A stretch of 64,000 bases of DNA from Octopus sinensis. Its lineage: Eukaryota. The DNA is taken from assembly GCF_006345805.1 (NCBI RefSeq), contig NC_043000.1, forward strand, positions 120,466,001-120,530,000. The letters run 5' to 3'. Every line of letters starts with the position of its first letter. The stretch's first letter is position 1. Positions 12,974-26,052 of this stretch are shown here, in pieces. A program made the position numbers and the translations under genes. The notes beneath the pieces were generated by a model that did no database searches, was not told the DNA's origin, and saw nothing but the letters and a program-made list of their open reading frames with translations.

Positions 12974-13203
12974 GGCGGCGAGCTGGCAGAATCGTTAGCA
13001 CGCCGGGCGAAATGCGTAGCCGTATTTCGTCTGCCGTTACGTTCTGGGTTCAAATTCCGCCGAGGTCGACTTTGCCATTCATCCTTTCGGGGTCGATAAA
13101 TTAAGTACCAGTTACGCACTGGGGTCGATGTAATCGATTTAATCCGTTTGTCTGTCCTTGTTTGTCCTCTCTGTGTTTAGCCCTTTGTGGGTAGTAAAGA
13201 AAT
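12974..13203 (+). mobile_element. Complete SINE family A with 11-bp TSD
   Basis: GGCGGCGAGCTGGCAGAATCGTTAGC head, B box GGGTTCAAATTCC, core CATCCTTTCGGGGTCGATAAATTAAGTACCAG. ATATATTCAAA at 12963-12973 and 13204-13214. Confidence 0.9.
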
Positions 13204-13523
13204 ATATATTCAAATATATAGTTGCTGGAATGATTACATTATGTAAGATTGATTGTATTAACTTGTAATGAAACGACTGTAAATGAAGAATGCAAATGGT
13301 TCTCTCACTTCAGTTTTTGATATTTTCCCTTTCTCTTTCTCTTTCTCTCCCTCCCCCACACAGACTCTCAAGTGAGAACAAATATGTAACATAAATCATA
13401 TATATGTATGGCCGCAGTCTCGTAAAAGGTAAAAGACATAAGATCTATATATCTAAAAAAAAAAAAGCTTGTGTGTATTTATATATGCCTCTCTGTGAAA
13501 TATCAGGAATACGTGCGTACTAT

Positions 13524-13897
13524 GTTTCAGTTTTGGATTTGATTCGCAAGATTCTTTATATGAGTTCGTGTGTTGAAGGGGGAGTCAATTTATATGAAGT
13601 TCGTGTGTCTGGGGGGAGTCAATTTCTTTTTGTGCCTTATAATTTAACACACTGACTGGTAAAATTTCCACTTATTTCTTATTTTTATTTTCCTAAAATT
13701 TTCGTTGCGTCTTGCAACCTTTTCAATAGTCTTGACTACTGAAAAGGTTGCAAGAAGCAAGACTATTGAAAAGGTTGCAAGAGGCAACGTAAATTTTAGG
13801 AAAATAAAAATAAGAAATAAGTGGAAATTTTACCGGTGAGTGTGTTACATGATAAGGCACAAAAAAAAAAAAATGACTCTCCCCAGACACAACAGAA
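13524..13897. mobile_element. Foldback/MITE-like palindrome with one-sided extension (copy 1)
   Basis: 13604-13890 folds into a ~135-bp-arm hairpin. The left extension 13524-13585 matches the reverse complement of 28445-28502. Confidence 0.8.
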
Positions 13898-14163
13898 TAT
13901 GCCTACTATGGTTTCACAGAAGCAACTAGAGCCTTGGACACATATTCGGCGGCCTTGAATCGTTCAGCACAATTGCCAGTCACCATTTCTTCATATATAG
14001 AATTTGATGTCGTAGGCATTAATTGTACAAAATACAATTGGCTGAAATCATAGGTTCTGTTGAGGATCATATAGGGTAATGCTACACCGTCTATATTCTA
14101 ATCATACGTTGTTCTCTTGCGCGGGAAAACGAAACATTTGATTTGAAATATTTATGCATCATG

Positions 14164-14381
14164 TACACGAGAGGATGCTGAAAAGTTCCTGGCTTTGAGA
14201 GTTTTGCAAAGGGCCTAGTTGGAGGCCCAACCCTCCGAGTCCTTTTACTGGGCTTAGAAAAACTGAAGGACTTCAGCAATAAGTGTGTGAATCTGAGAGG
14301 GGAAATGAGTAGAATAAATTCATAATTGATCCTCCTGTATTTACTTTGACCGAAAGCCAGGAACTTTTCTGTACACCTATA
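14164..14381 (+). mobile_element. Mariner-derived miniature element
   Basis: TIR core CTGAAAAGTTCCTGGCTTT / AAAGCCAGGAACTTTTC, TA termini, and remnant of the transposase C-terminus (NKCVNLRGE). Confidence 0.7.
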
Positions 14382-14444
14382 TGTCTATATCTTTGTATGT
14401 GTATATGTATATACGTGTGTGTATGTGAGTACATGCGTGTGTGT

Positions 14445-14506
<62 letters not shown>

Positions 14507-14735
14507 TGTGTGTGTGTGTGCATCAATCAAGACATATATACACATAAGAAAGTAAGCAAACACACCCCTCACACGTATAATATCAGATATAGTCTGATTA
14601 AATTTAGTCAAAAATTCTAATTAATTTACTATCGAAGGTTTTACAATTTCCGCTACACATAAATAACTAAGCTGATAAATGTCAATGGCTATACACACAC
14701 ACACACATACATACATACATACATACATACATACA

Positions 14736-14771
<36 letters not shown>

Positions 14772-14914
14772 TATTAAGCGTGTATATTTAATACATATGG
14801 ATATCATGCATATATATATGTGTGTGTATATATATATATATGTATATGTATGTATATATGCATATATATATCTATATATATATATATGTATATACATGTA
14901 TATATGTATATATA

Positions 14915-15109
14915 TCATCATCAGCATCATCATCATCGTTTAACGTCCGTTTTCCGTGCTAGCACGGGTTGGACGGTTCGACCGGGGTCTGGGAAGCCAG
15001 GGGTGCTGCACCAGGCTCCAGTCTGATCTGGCAGTGCTTCTACAGCTGGATGCCCTTCCTAACGCCAACCACTCCGTGAGTGTAGGGGGTGCTTTTACGT
15101 GCCACCGGG

Positions 15110-15110
<1 letters not shown>
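14915..15110 (-). mobile_element. RTE-type 3' tail (LINE or SINE end) with (GAT)n terminus
   Basis: Minus strand GGTTGGCGTTAGGAAGGGCATCCAGCTGTAGAA...GGAAAACGGACGTTAAACGATGATG. Confidence 0.7.
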
Positions 15111-16065
<955 letters not shown>

Positions 16066-16322
16066 GTGTGCTTGTATGAATATGTCTACATATATATTAT
16101 TGTGTATATATATAAGATATTGCGGAACAATATCTTGCAGAACAGTCATTATTTTAAAGATATATATATTATTACCAGCTGAAGAGACACATCTACACCG
16201 ACGGATACTCCTAAATCCTTTGCTAAGTATTCTAGCCGTGAGAGATCGATGCTAGATGAATCAAGACAATTGTAGTGTTTAATAAGCATTGTCGTGTCTT
16301 CAATCTTCTGTCTCTCTCTTTA

Positions 16323-16381
<59 letters not shown>

Positions 16382-17050
16382 AGATGAGATCCAGAGATGC
16401 TCAGTATAGTAATCAAGTAGTTGTGCACATTAATTTGAACTTGCACACCGTAATTTTTATCGAGGACAAATTCCGCGATGTAAAAATTGTCAATAAATTG
16501 AATCCAGGTGAGCTGGTAATTAAATAATAATGCAAATGTGCAAAGTTTGGGTTTGATTATAAAATATGCATACATATATATGTGTAAATATATATATATA
16601 TATAGATATAAATATACAGAGTGAAAATTACAGAAAATATTCAAGAGATGAACATTCATGTATAAGCATATATATTTGCGGAACAAATTTACATGGAGTA
16701 CAAAACGTAAAGAAAACTAATTGGAGAAGAGATGGTGGTTCATGCCAACAGCCGTTTCTGAGGGTTCGGAATTACACAATAGTTGTAATGTTGGCAGACG
16801 GAGTGAAGAATATGCTGCGAGTAGTGGATGTATATAAACATTACTGTGAAACCGGACTCCGTCTTCAGGATAGAGAGATTGGCATCTAACGAAACTCTAT
16901 CTATATCGTTATATATTCTTATATGTATATTGTATCTATGACTTAAATATCAAACCCGAGCTTGCTCGTTCGTTTATTTGCAACATTATCTCTTTTTCCC
17001 TCTGTCTCCCAATACATATAATAATAATAATAACAATAATAATAATAATG

Positions 17051-17112
<62 letters not shown>

Positions 17113-17115
<3 letters not shown>

Positions 17116-17607
17116 CAAACCAGATATTGTTGTGAAAGACCAAAACAATAACGTTTGCTTATTGATCGACATGAGCATCCCCTGTGATCATAATATCTCA
17201 GCGAAAGAGTTTGACAAGCTCAGAAAATATAAAGACCTACTCATTGAAATTGAGAAAATGTGGCATCTCAAGGCGGTTACAATACCAGTGATCGTAGGAG
17301 CACTAGGAATGATCAAGAAGGGAACCGAAAATTATATGAGAATGATCCCTGGCTTACCATCCCTGCAAGAAGTGCAAAAGATTGTCTTAACTGGTACATC
17401 ACACGTATTGAGAAGAGCATTGTCGATGTGAGAACTGTTGCTGCTGCTCATGTATTTTAATCTAACTTTAAAAAAAAAAAAAAAAATGAACGAACTTCTG
17501 AGTTTGGTTTAATGGCCTACCAATATATACTATGAGTTTCTTTGCCCTAGGAGTCGGGAAGACACTCGGCAAGAAATGGAAGCAAATTTGAAAGAAAAAA
17601 AAAAAAG
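17113..17607 (+). mobile_element. R4/Dong-like LINE 3' fragment between (AAT)n tracts
   Basis: KPDIVVKD...LLIDMSIPCDHNISAKEFDKLRKY...VIVGALG...TSHVLRRALSM plus complete 3' UTR. (AAT)n on both sides. Confidence 0.9.
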
Positions 17608-17672
17608 TAATAATAATAATAATAATGATAATAATAATAATAATGATGATAATAATAATAATAATGATGATG

Positions 17673-17717
<45 letters not shown>

Positions 17718-17815
17718 TGTATTTCAACAACTCTTAACCTTCACTTGCCCTAGGGCGCTGGGTGTGCCCCGGCAGGTGATTGCATCAAACATGCAGATTA
17801 AAAGTAAATGACAAT
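17718..17815 (+). mobile_element. Probable 3' terminus of a further RLE-LINE family in the same (AAT)n tract
   Basis: TTGCCCTAGGGCGCTGGGTGTGCCCCGGCAGG resembles the GCCCTAGG...CGGC motif of neighbouring termini. It sits between AAT runs. Confidence 0.4.
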
Positions 17816-17838
17816 GATAATAATAATAATAATAATAA

Positions 17839-19363
17839 GCAAGAACAAACATACAAATATTTAGGGATAAATGAGCAAGAATAAACATACAAATATTTAG
17901 GGATAAATGAAGGCTCTGGTATTCAGCATGCAAGCATGAAAGAGAAAATCAGGAAGGAATGTTATAGGAGAGTTCGTGCAATCCTGAAATCTGAACTAAA
18001 TGCACGCAACAAGGTGTTAGCTATAAATTCCTTAGCAGTTCCAGTTGTTACTTATAGCTACGATGTGTTGAACTGGAATATGAGTGAAGTAAAGAATATA
18101 GATAGAAAAATACGCAAGCTGCTGAGTTGTAATAGGATGCACCACCCAAAGGCAGACGTAGATCGCCTTTACCTTCCCAGAGCCCAAGGAGGTCGAGGCC
18201 TGATCCAATTCGAACTAGCTTACAAAACAACCACAATTGGACTGGCCAAATATCTTGAAATAACGAATGACTGGATGCTAAAGCTCGTGGAAAATCACGA
18301 GAGACGAAAGAAGCTTCACTTTATCATAAAGGAAAGCAAAAAAATTGCTATTGATCTCGTGCAGGATACCCAAACTGAACAACCCGAGGGAAGTACGGCA
18401 ACTATTGTTGCAAAGAAGGTGAAAATAATGGCAACGAAAAAAGCGTACGAGCAATTGGCTGATAGGTGGGAGGAGAAACCTCTGCACGGCAAATATGTGG
18501 CCCGTAGCAAACAAGCTGATGTTGACCAGAAGCAAACCCATCAGTGGCTACGGAGCTCAGGGTTAAAAGCAGAGAGCGAAGGTTTCATCCTGGTTGCTCA
18601 AGATCAAAGCCTATTAACCCGGAACTACCAGGCCAATGTAATGAAAAATGGAGCAGACCAAAAATGCCGATTCTGCAATGACATGATTGAAACAGTGGAC
18701 CACCTAATCTCTGGATGTAAAGTCTTAGCACCAGTGGAGTATAAATTAAGACATGACAGAGTTGGCCAATATCTACACTGGCTAATAAGTCGGCATTACA
18801 ATATCAAAACTGCCGACAAGTGGTATAATCACCACCCTGAAGCTGTAACTGAAGGAGAAAAAGTAACGATTCTGTGGGACTTTCCAGTACATGCAGACCG
18901 AACCATCAAAGCCAATAAACCAGATATTGTTGTGAAAGACAAAAACAATAAAGTTTGCTTATTGATCGACATGAAAGAGTTTGACAAGCTCAGAAAATAT
19001 AAAGACCTGCTCATTGAAATTGAGAAAATGTGGCATCTCAAGGCGGTTACAATACCAGTGATCGTAGGAGCACTAGGAATGATCAAGAAGGGAACCGAAA
19101 ATTATATGAGAATGATTCCTGGCTTACCAGCCCTGCAAGAACTGCAAAAGATTGTTTTAACTGGTACATCACACGTATTGAGAAGAGCATTGTCGCTGTG
19201 AGAGCTGTTACTGCCCATGTATTTTAATTTAACCTTAAAAAAAAATGAAAGAACTATTGAGTTTGGTTTAATGGTCTACCAATGTATACTATGAGTTTCT
19301 TTGCCCTAGGAGTCGGGAAAACGCTCGGCAAGAAATGGAAACAAATTTGAAAGAAGAAAAAAA
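17839..19363 (+). mobile_element. 5'-truncated R4/Dong-like LINE with 421-aa open frame (thumb, CCHC, RLE)
   Basis: ORF 17936-19201: CRFCNDMIETVDHLISGC, RHDRV, NKPDIVV. 36-bp duplication at the 5' junction, 30-bp in-frame RLE deletion, (AAT)n downstream. Confidence 0.92.
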
Positions 19364-19365
19364 AC

Positions 19366-19433
<68 letters not shown>

Positions 19434-19889
19434 ACAGCTATTGATTCAAATCTTCCCGAATCACAGGGGCTGGAAGTACCCCACAAGTATAATTTTAAAG
19501 TTTCCGGCTGAAATATATATGAGAGGAAACCAACGCCGTATCCGTATTTCTGATGAAGACGTTGTATGTTTGTATATTTATAGATTTCTGTCTCTACACT
19601 TCTAATATTTCTTGCTTCAGACAATATTCACAACATTTTAACCAAATGCAAATAGAATCTTGATGTTTTTGTTGTGAACAAATACTGACCTACAGGTTTT
19701 GAGGCCTCTTTCAAAATATTAAGAGCAACAATATCTAAGAAGATCTGCCTCGATACCCACAGGTTTTATATCTTTATTATGAAATCACTTCTATCGTTTT
19801 TCTTTTTTCTGTTTCACTTATTCGACTAAAGTATTACTTGAGTATAACCTTGAAGTGTTTTGCTGAAAAAATCGATCTGAGTACTTATC

Positions 19890-20240
19890 GTCTCTCTTTC
19901 TCTCTCTTTGCCTTTAACCCTCCAACGCGTAGTGTAGGCCACTTATAGTTGAATTCCATGTCGCATAATTTTTCGCTTCTGTACTTATACTCTGCCATGA
20001 ATACCCCCCTTTCTCCAATTCCTTTTGTGTTGACCTTCGCCACGAGTTCTTAGGCCTACCTCTCCTTCTATATCCATCCGGTTTCCACCGTAAAGCACTT
20101 TTCGCTACATTTGGTGTGTCTTTTCTAATTGTGCTACCAATCCACCTCCACCTTTTCTTAAATATTTTCTCCTTAATCGAAACTTCATTTGTTCTTTGCC
20201 ATAGCACCATATTGCTTATGTGTTCATACTGTTGCTTTTT
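19890..20240 (-). mobile_element. RTE-clade LINE 3' fragment
   Basis: LWQRTNEVSIKEKIFKKRWRWIGSTIRK...ALRWKPDGYRRRGRPKNSWRRS. Confidence 0.85.
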
Positions 20241-20289
20241 GTCGAAACGCTGTATTACGGAGACAAATACAACTCAACAACGCCGGGGT

Positions 20290-20395
20290 TATTGTAGACG
20301 CCACTTGTCTAATATGCCACGCTGTACCTTTGAAACCCGAAACGTCGTGGTTGCAAAGCAAGTCTCTTCAGTACACAGTCACGCCTATAATTATT
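20290..20395 (-). mobile_element. Degenerate SINE C head
   Basis: GTAGACGCCACTTGTCTAATATGCCACGC...ACACAGTCACGCCT aligns to other family C heads. Confidence 0.5.
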
Positions 20396-20927
20396 TCTGG
20401 TTCATAAAAACTGAAGTAGCAGTCTTGAAAATCTAAGGTCCTCAGGCGCGGAAAGTGAACAGCTAACATGCACTTAACAAATAAAATCAGCAAGTGGAAT
20501 TATATAATTATGCATTTTCTTTGCCACGTGAAAATAGAAGTTATTGATACGCAAAATCCAGTGATAGCGATATGTTATATTATATTTTTTTTTATAGAAA
20601 TCCAGAAATTCCCTATGAGTTTCAATTCAAGGAATTGTGGATAAAAGAAACGTGCAAACACTCGTATTTAACAATTATGCTGAAATTCAATCAAGCAGCG
20701 GAACGGGAAATATGCAAATATGAAGTAAATAAATCTTTAATGTTATATGATGCAAATATTAGAAACAAACCTCTATATGAAAATGCCAAATAATTTACCC
20801 CCCCCCCACTCAGGCACACACAAATATGCAAACACATACTCACACACACACGAACACAATAACACGCATAAACATACACACACTCTCTCACTCTTTCTCT
20901 CTCTATATATATATATATATGTACCTA

Positions 20928-21000
<73 letters not shown>

Positions 21001-21117
21001 CTATATATCTATCTAGCTAGCTAGCTACCTGCCTGTCTCTCTGTTTGTCAATGTAGCAATATAATATGATATATATATATATATATATAATATATATATA
21101 TATATACACACACACAT

Positions 21118-21160
21118 AAAGCTCCACGAGGTTCCAACAGAGAGTGGTGGCGAACCTTGC

Positions 21161-21165
<5 letters not shown>
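21118..21165 (-). mobile_element. SINE B internal fragment
   Basis: AAAGCTCCACGAGG...GGTGGCGAACCTTGCTGTAC. Confidence 0.5.
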
Positions 21166-21209
<44 letters not shown>

Positions 21210-21210
<1 letters not shown>

Positions 21211-23295
21211 CTTAGATAAACTTAGATATGCTTCGACCAAAGATTGGTCCAGGCCATATCTAACTTAATAGCACCATCTGATAGGATTATTCGAATCCTG
21301 TTTAAGTCAAGTTTTGTTTATGGTCCATTCAAGTAGGGAGTTTTTGTTGGGTGAGTTGTATCCAATTGTGGGTGGCTTATCTGGTATTCTTTGAAGGAAT
21401 CTATCCAGACTCCGTTTAAAGTTGATGGGATCCTTTTCCTCTTTGATTTCTTTTGGGACAATGTTAAATAGGCCAGGGCCTATTGAGGAAAAGAAATTAT
21501 GTTGCAGTGTACATGTATGCTACGATCTTGAATTGGGCAGGGGACGTATGGCCCGTGGTCCCAGTCTTGGATGAACCTTGAGGCTAATGTTCAGGTCGTT
21601 TGGGCGCTGGAGAGAGTAGAGTTTCAAGGCTTTAAGGCGATCCCAATAATCGAGAGCAGCCATGCCTTCAATTCGTTTAGTGAGTGTCCTCTGGGGTGAT
21701 TCAATCCTCGAGATGTTTTGTCTTGTATGGGGAGACCACAGTGGGCAGCAGTATTCGAGGTGTGGCCGTACAAAGGAGGAGAAGAGTGGTATGATGACAC
21801 CTTGTTCTCTGGACCGGAAAGTTCTTAAGATCCAGGAACTCATCCTACGAGCTATATCGACCTTCTTGTTGATGTGTGCACTCCAACTGAGATCGTCATC
21901 AACAATTACACCCAGGTCTCTGAAGGAAGAGAGTATGGCTGTTTTAGTGAGGAATTTCTTCCAAAATGCATCAGCTAAAATTTTCCCTCGTTTAGTTGCA
22001 TTTTGTTTCTGTCTGCCCATTGACTCACAGCATATAGATCAGACTGGAGTTGAGTTCGGTCTGCTTCTTCATTGACGATTTGCTGGAACTTAGTGTCATC
22101 AGCAAATATTTTCACTTTGCAGTAATGTACGACACTGGAAAGGTCGTTTATGTAAATTATGAAGAGTAGCGGACCCTGGGGGACACCGCTGGTGACTTTT
22201 GCTGGGCTTGAGTGGACTCCATCGACTACAACATGTTGTGTTCTATTCGCCAGGAAATACTTAATCCAGTGTAGAACTTTTCCATGGATTCCAACATTTG
22301 CCAATTTTGAGAGTAGGATATTATGGTCTACCCTGTCGAACGCTTTACTGAAGTCAAGATATATGACATCAGAGTTCGAACCTGTTCTCAAGGCTTTGAG
22401 TACATCTTCAATGTGGTGTAAGAGCTGTGTTAGACAGTCCCTGCCACAGCGAAAGCCATGCTGATTTGCATTTAGGAGTTTGTGGGTCTCCAGGAAGTCA
22501 GCTATCCTAGATCTTAACACTCTTTCAAACAATTTAATGATGTGGGAGGTGAGTGAGATTGGGCGATAGTTGAGTGCGAGGGATCTGTTTCCCTGTTTGA
22601 AAACCGGGATGACTGACTGGGATAGAAACTGTTTCGGTATATAACCTGCGCCTAACGAATTTCTCCAGAAGTTGGTCAGAGGGACTGCAAGTTGGTGTCT
22701 ACATTCGTTCAGGAGACTAGCGGGGAATCTATCAGGGCCTACAGCAGAGTAGTATTTGACATCATTTATTGCTGCTACGATGTCAGTGGCAGTGAAGGTT
22801 ATGTCTGAGATTTTATGTTGGGAGTCAACTTCGTTCGCTTCTCTTACGTCAATATCAGTGGGAACACTAAAGATAGAGCAGTATTATTTCTGCTTTCTGA
22901 TTGCTCCCCAGTCCGCTTTGTGGAAGTTTATGTTGTCAAATGAGTGCCATGGAGTGGGATTGGCTGGTTTGGTTTTTATATGTCGTGAATTAAAATTGCA
23001 GAGTACCATGTCGTGGTCTGAGAGGAGAGTTTTTTCAACTGAAAAACTGTGAACGAAGCTAGAGTGATTGGTCAATACCAGATCCAAGATCGTTTTATTC
23101 TGTCTCGTTGGTTCGAGCACTAGCTGAGTCAGGAAGTATTCATCCATTAGATTAAAGAGCTGTTCTGCTGCTGCTCTATCTGATGTAGAGCATTTGCCTA
23201 ACTTCAGAGTATTTGTGGGCCAGTTCACATGAGGGAGGTTAAAATCACCAATCACTAGTATGTTTCCTATATATATAGGTTGAAAATACATGGAA
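21210..23295 (-). mobile_element. 5'-truncated, internally deleted CR1-clade LINE (APE C-terminus and RT)
   Basis: APE GDFNLP, EPTR, LDLVLTN, SDH; RT NQHGFR, YLDFSKAFDRVDH, SGVPQG, FADDTK; C-terminal RDLGVIVD, VRPHLEYC. Confidence 0.92.
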
Positions 23296-23400
23296 AAATA
23301 TAAAAAGGGGAAGACAAATACCTTCGTTTCATATAGTTTAATATCTTTTTATAAATATATACACATTACATGGATGTCGTGAAATCCAACCGGTTTTCGC

Positions 23401-23490
<90 letters not shown>

Positions 23491-23659
23491 TGTGTGCGTG
23501 TGCGTGTATGTATATGTATATTTATATGTATGTATGTATGTATGTATGTATACACATGTACGTTAATAAATCTCTACAGGCATACATGTATACACATGCC
23601 TGAAATTTGGCAGCCCCAATAGTCCTCATTCTCCATTAATACTATACATATTCTATGCT

Positions 23660-23958
23660 GTGGAGGCGCAATGACCCAGTGGTTAGGGCAGCGGACTCGC
23701 GGTCGTAGGATCGCGGTTTCGATTCCCTGACCAGGCGTTGTGAGTGTTTATTGAGCGAAAACACCTAGAGCTCCACGAGTCTCCGGCAGGGGTGGTGGCG
23801 ATCTCTGCTGTACTTTTTGCCACAACTTTCACTCTTTCTTCTGTTGGCCTGCTCGTTTAGTCAGCGGGGTGGCGTCATTTGAAGGCTAAAACAATGCGAA
23901 GCGCATTGTATCCAGCGATGTATAGCAACATCAGCTAGCCGGGTCGGTCACGGTGATA
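23660..23958 (+). mobile_element. tRNA-derived SINE family B (tail variant 2)
   Basis: GGAGGCGCAATGACCCAGTGGTTAGGGCAGCGGACTCGCGGTCG...GGTTTCGATTCC head, shared core GAGCGAAAACACCTAGAGCTCCACGAG. Confidence 0.85.
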
Positions 23959-24789
23959 TTCTATGCTATCGCTCCACTCTCATTATGTAACCAACGACAA
24001 CCCACCCAAATACATGTTCACGTATAAATTCATACCTATAGTCCATTTCTATCGGCGTGCATTGTTTATAATTGAAATTCATATCAAACGACTACTTAAA
24101 CATGACAACACTTTTACTCTATAAACAATGAAGATCATTAGATATATAACAGCTATTGTCTATATGTAATGCTTTCGTCGAAGTAATAAGTGTATTTGGG
24201 TGTGTCAGACAATACAGTGTTTGTGTGCGTGAATATGAAAGTAAATGAGAAGCTAAGGGAGGGTGCCAGGTAGAGGTGTTGGAAAACTGGAATATTTGGC
24301 ACCGGTAGTACACTTGAACGGTTCTGCACTCAATACTTACACAAAGGAACTCACATAATTTCTGATCTAATATTATTAATAAAAAAAATAGTGAATATGA
24401 ACTTCGAATAAATAAACTATATTTAATAAAAAATATCAGCAGACACCGATATTGCTTCAATATTGTCAATACATTTGTAGCATTATTACACTTTCTTTTC
24501 AAGTTGTTTTGCAAATATTCAATGATATAGTTAGAAGATAAACTGGTAAATAAACTCATTAGTGGAGCTGTAGTTTACTTGCTTTTGTTTTTAACATAGA
24601 AACATACAAAAATACAAAACAGATTAATTCGTGAAATACATAAATAAATAATAATATTTTCTACGTTTTACATTCTTGTTTTTCTCAATGTCATTTGCCA
24701 TTCATATGAAACTACTCTCTGTAGCAGGACAACAAATCATGCGAAATATAGTCTCAATAATTTAGTAGTAGGATTCATAGAAGAACTTT

Positions 24790-25230
24790 GGTGGGAATAT
24801 TGAATTCACAAGCGGTCCCCGACATCCCGCATGCATATCCCGAGTGACGGGACGCCCTGTTTGCCGCGGAGTCTCCACAGACGCAGGGACAGAACGACCT
24901 CGAAGCCGCCGGTTGCCGATCAGACGCCTGTGGGAATTTTTACCTGAGCCCCATTGACCAGGCTGTGGTCCTAATACCGCTCGGTGCCAGACCAATCCGC
25001 CTTGGGTCGCCCAACCAGGAACCGAAGTTCCCGACGGCATAGCTCTGACAATGCCCGTTTACACCACCCTACTGCTTTGAGGAGGGGTTGGAGTTTAGGT
25101 TCGCTATCTCCAGTGACCTTGCACAGGACCGTCGAGCGTGGGCCGCCATGTTTCGTGATGCCGTTAGGACCAGAGAAGAAACCGGCTCAACTCGCCCTGG
25201 ATGAACACCATCACAAGTACAAGTAAGTTG
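24790..25230 (+). mobile_element. RTE-clade LINE 3' relic ending in CAAGTA repeats
   Basis: RLGRPTR...DLAQDRRAWAAMFRDAV, then CACAAGTACAAGTAAG. GC-rich island in AT-rich flanks. Confidence 0.6.
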
Positions 25231-25727
25231 TCTCAATAAGTAACTAACGATGTCGACAAAGTACTGAAAGTATTTAAGTCTTTTCGAGGCCACTCTAATT
25301 GCATGAAATGTCAGTCTAATCTACCCTCATATCCACACTCTTTTGTTTTCACAAAAGCGGAACACTTTGGATAACGTAGCCTCGCCCCTTATGCAATGTC
25401 TGGATATAACGAGTTATCGCTGCTGGAACGCATTTAATTATAAAACTGATCTGGAGGATAACTGCCAACATCAACAACTATGTATGTGGCCTTCTTCTCT
25501 TTAATAAGGCTTTGCTAATTTGAGCTCCTTACTTCAAATAGATCCCATCTGGGTGAACTATTCATCGAGTATTATTGACAGATTTTATTAAAGCGAGATG
25601 CTAATAAACTAATTACCCATTTCCATTTTTAAACGTTTTCCGATCTCATTCCTTAAGGTTGTCTTCTGTTATAATTCTTTTTACTTCAAAAATGGCTTAG
25701 AGCAATATAAAATCAAACCTACTGCCT

Positions 25728-26052
25728 CACTGGTACTTATTCTATTGCTCTCTTTTGCCGAACCGTTAAGTTAAGGGACATAAACACACTAACACCGGTT
25801 GTCAAACACAGAAATAAAGACACACGTACACACGCATACATACATACATACATACATACATACATACATACATACATACATACATGCATACATAAATACG
25901 ACGGGTTTCTTTCAGTTTCCGCCTACAAAATCCAAGGCTTTGGTGGGACCAAGTCTAAGGGAGAAAACATTCGCCGAAGGTGTCACGTAGTGGGACTGAC
26001 CCCGAACCACGTGGCTGGGAAGCAAAATTCTTACCACACAGCTACGCCTGCG
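25728..26052 (-). mobile_element. SINE family C with internal (CATA)n
   Basis: Aligns with 1962-2409 and 39515-39865. Confidence 0.8.

Noticed and set aside
16790-16870. GACGGAGT/ACTCCGTC inverted pair next to CTGAAGA (minus)
   Set aside because: No GAAA after the stem, so not a hammerhead.
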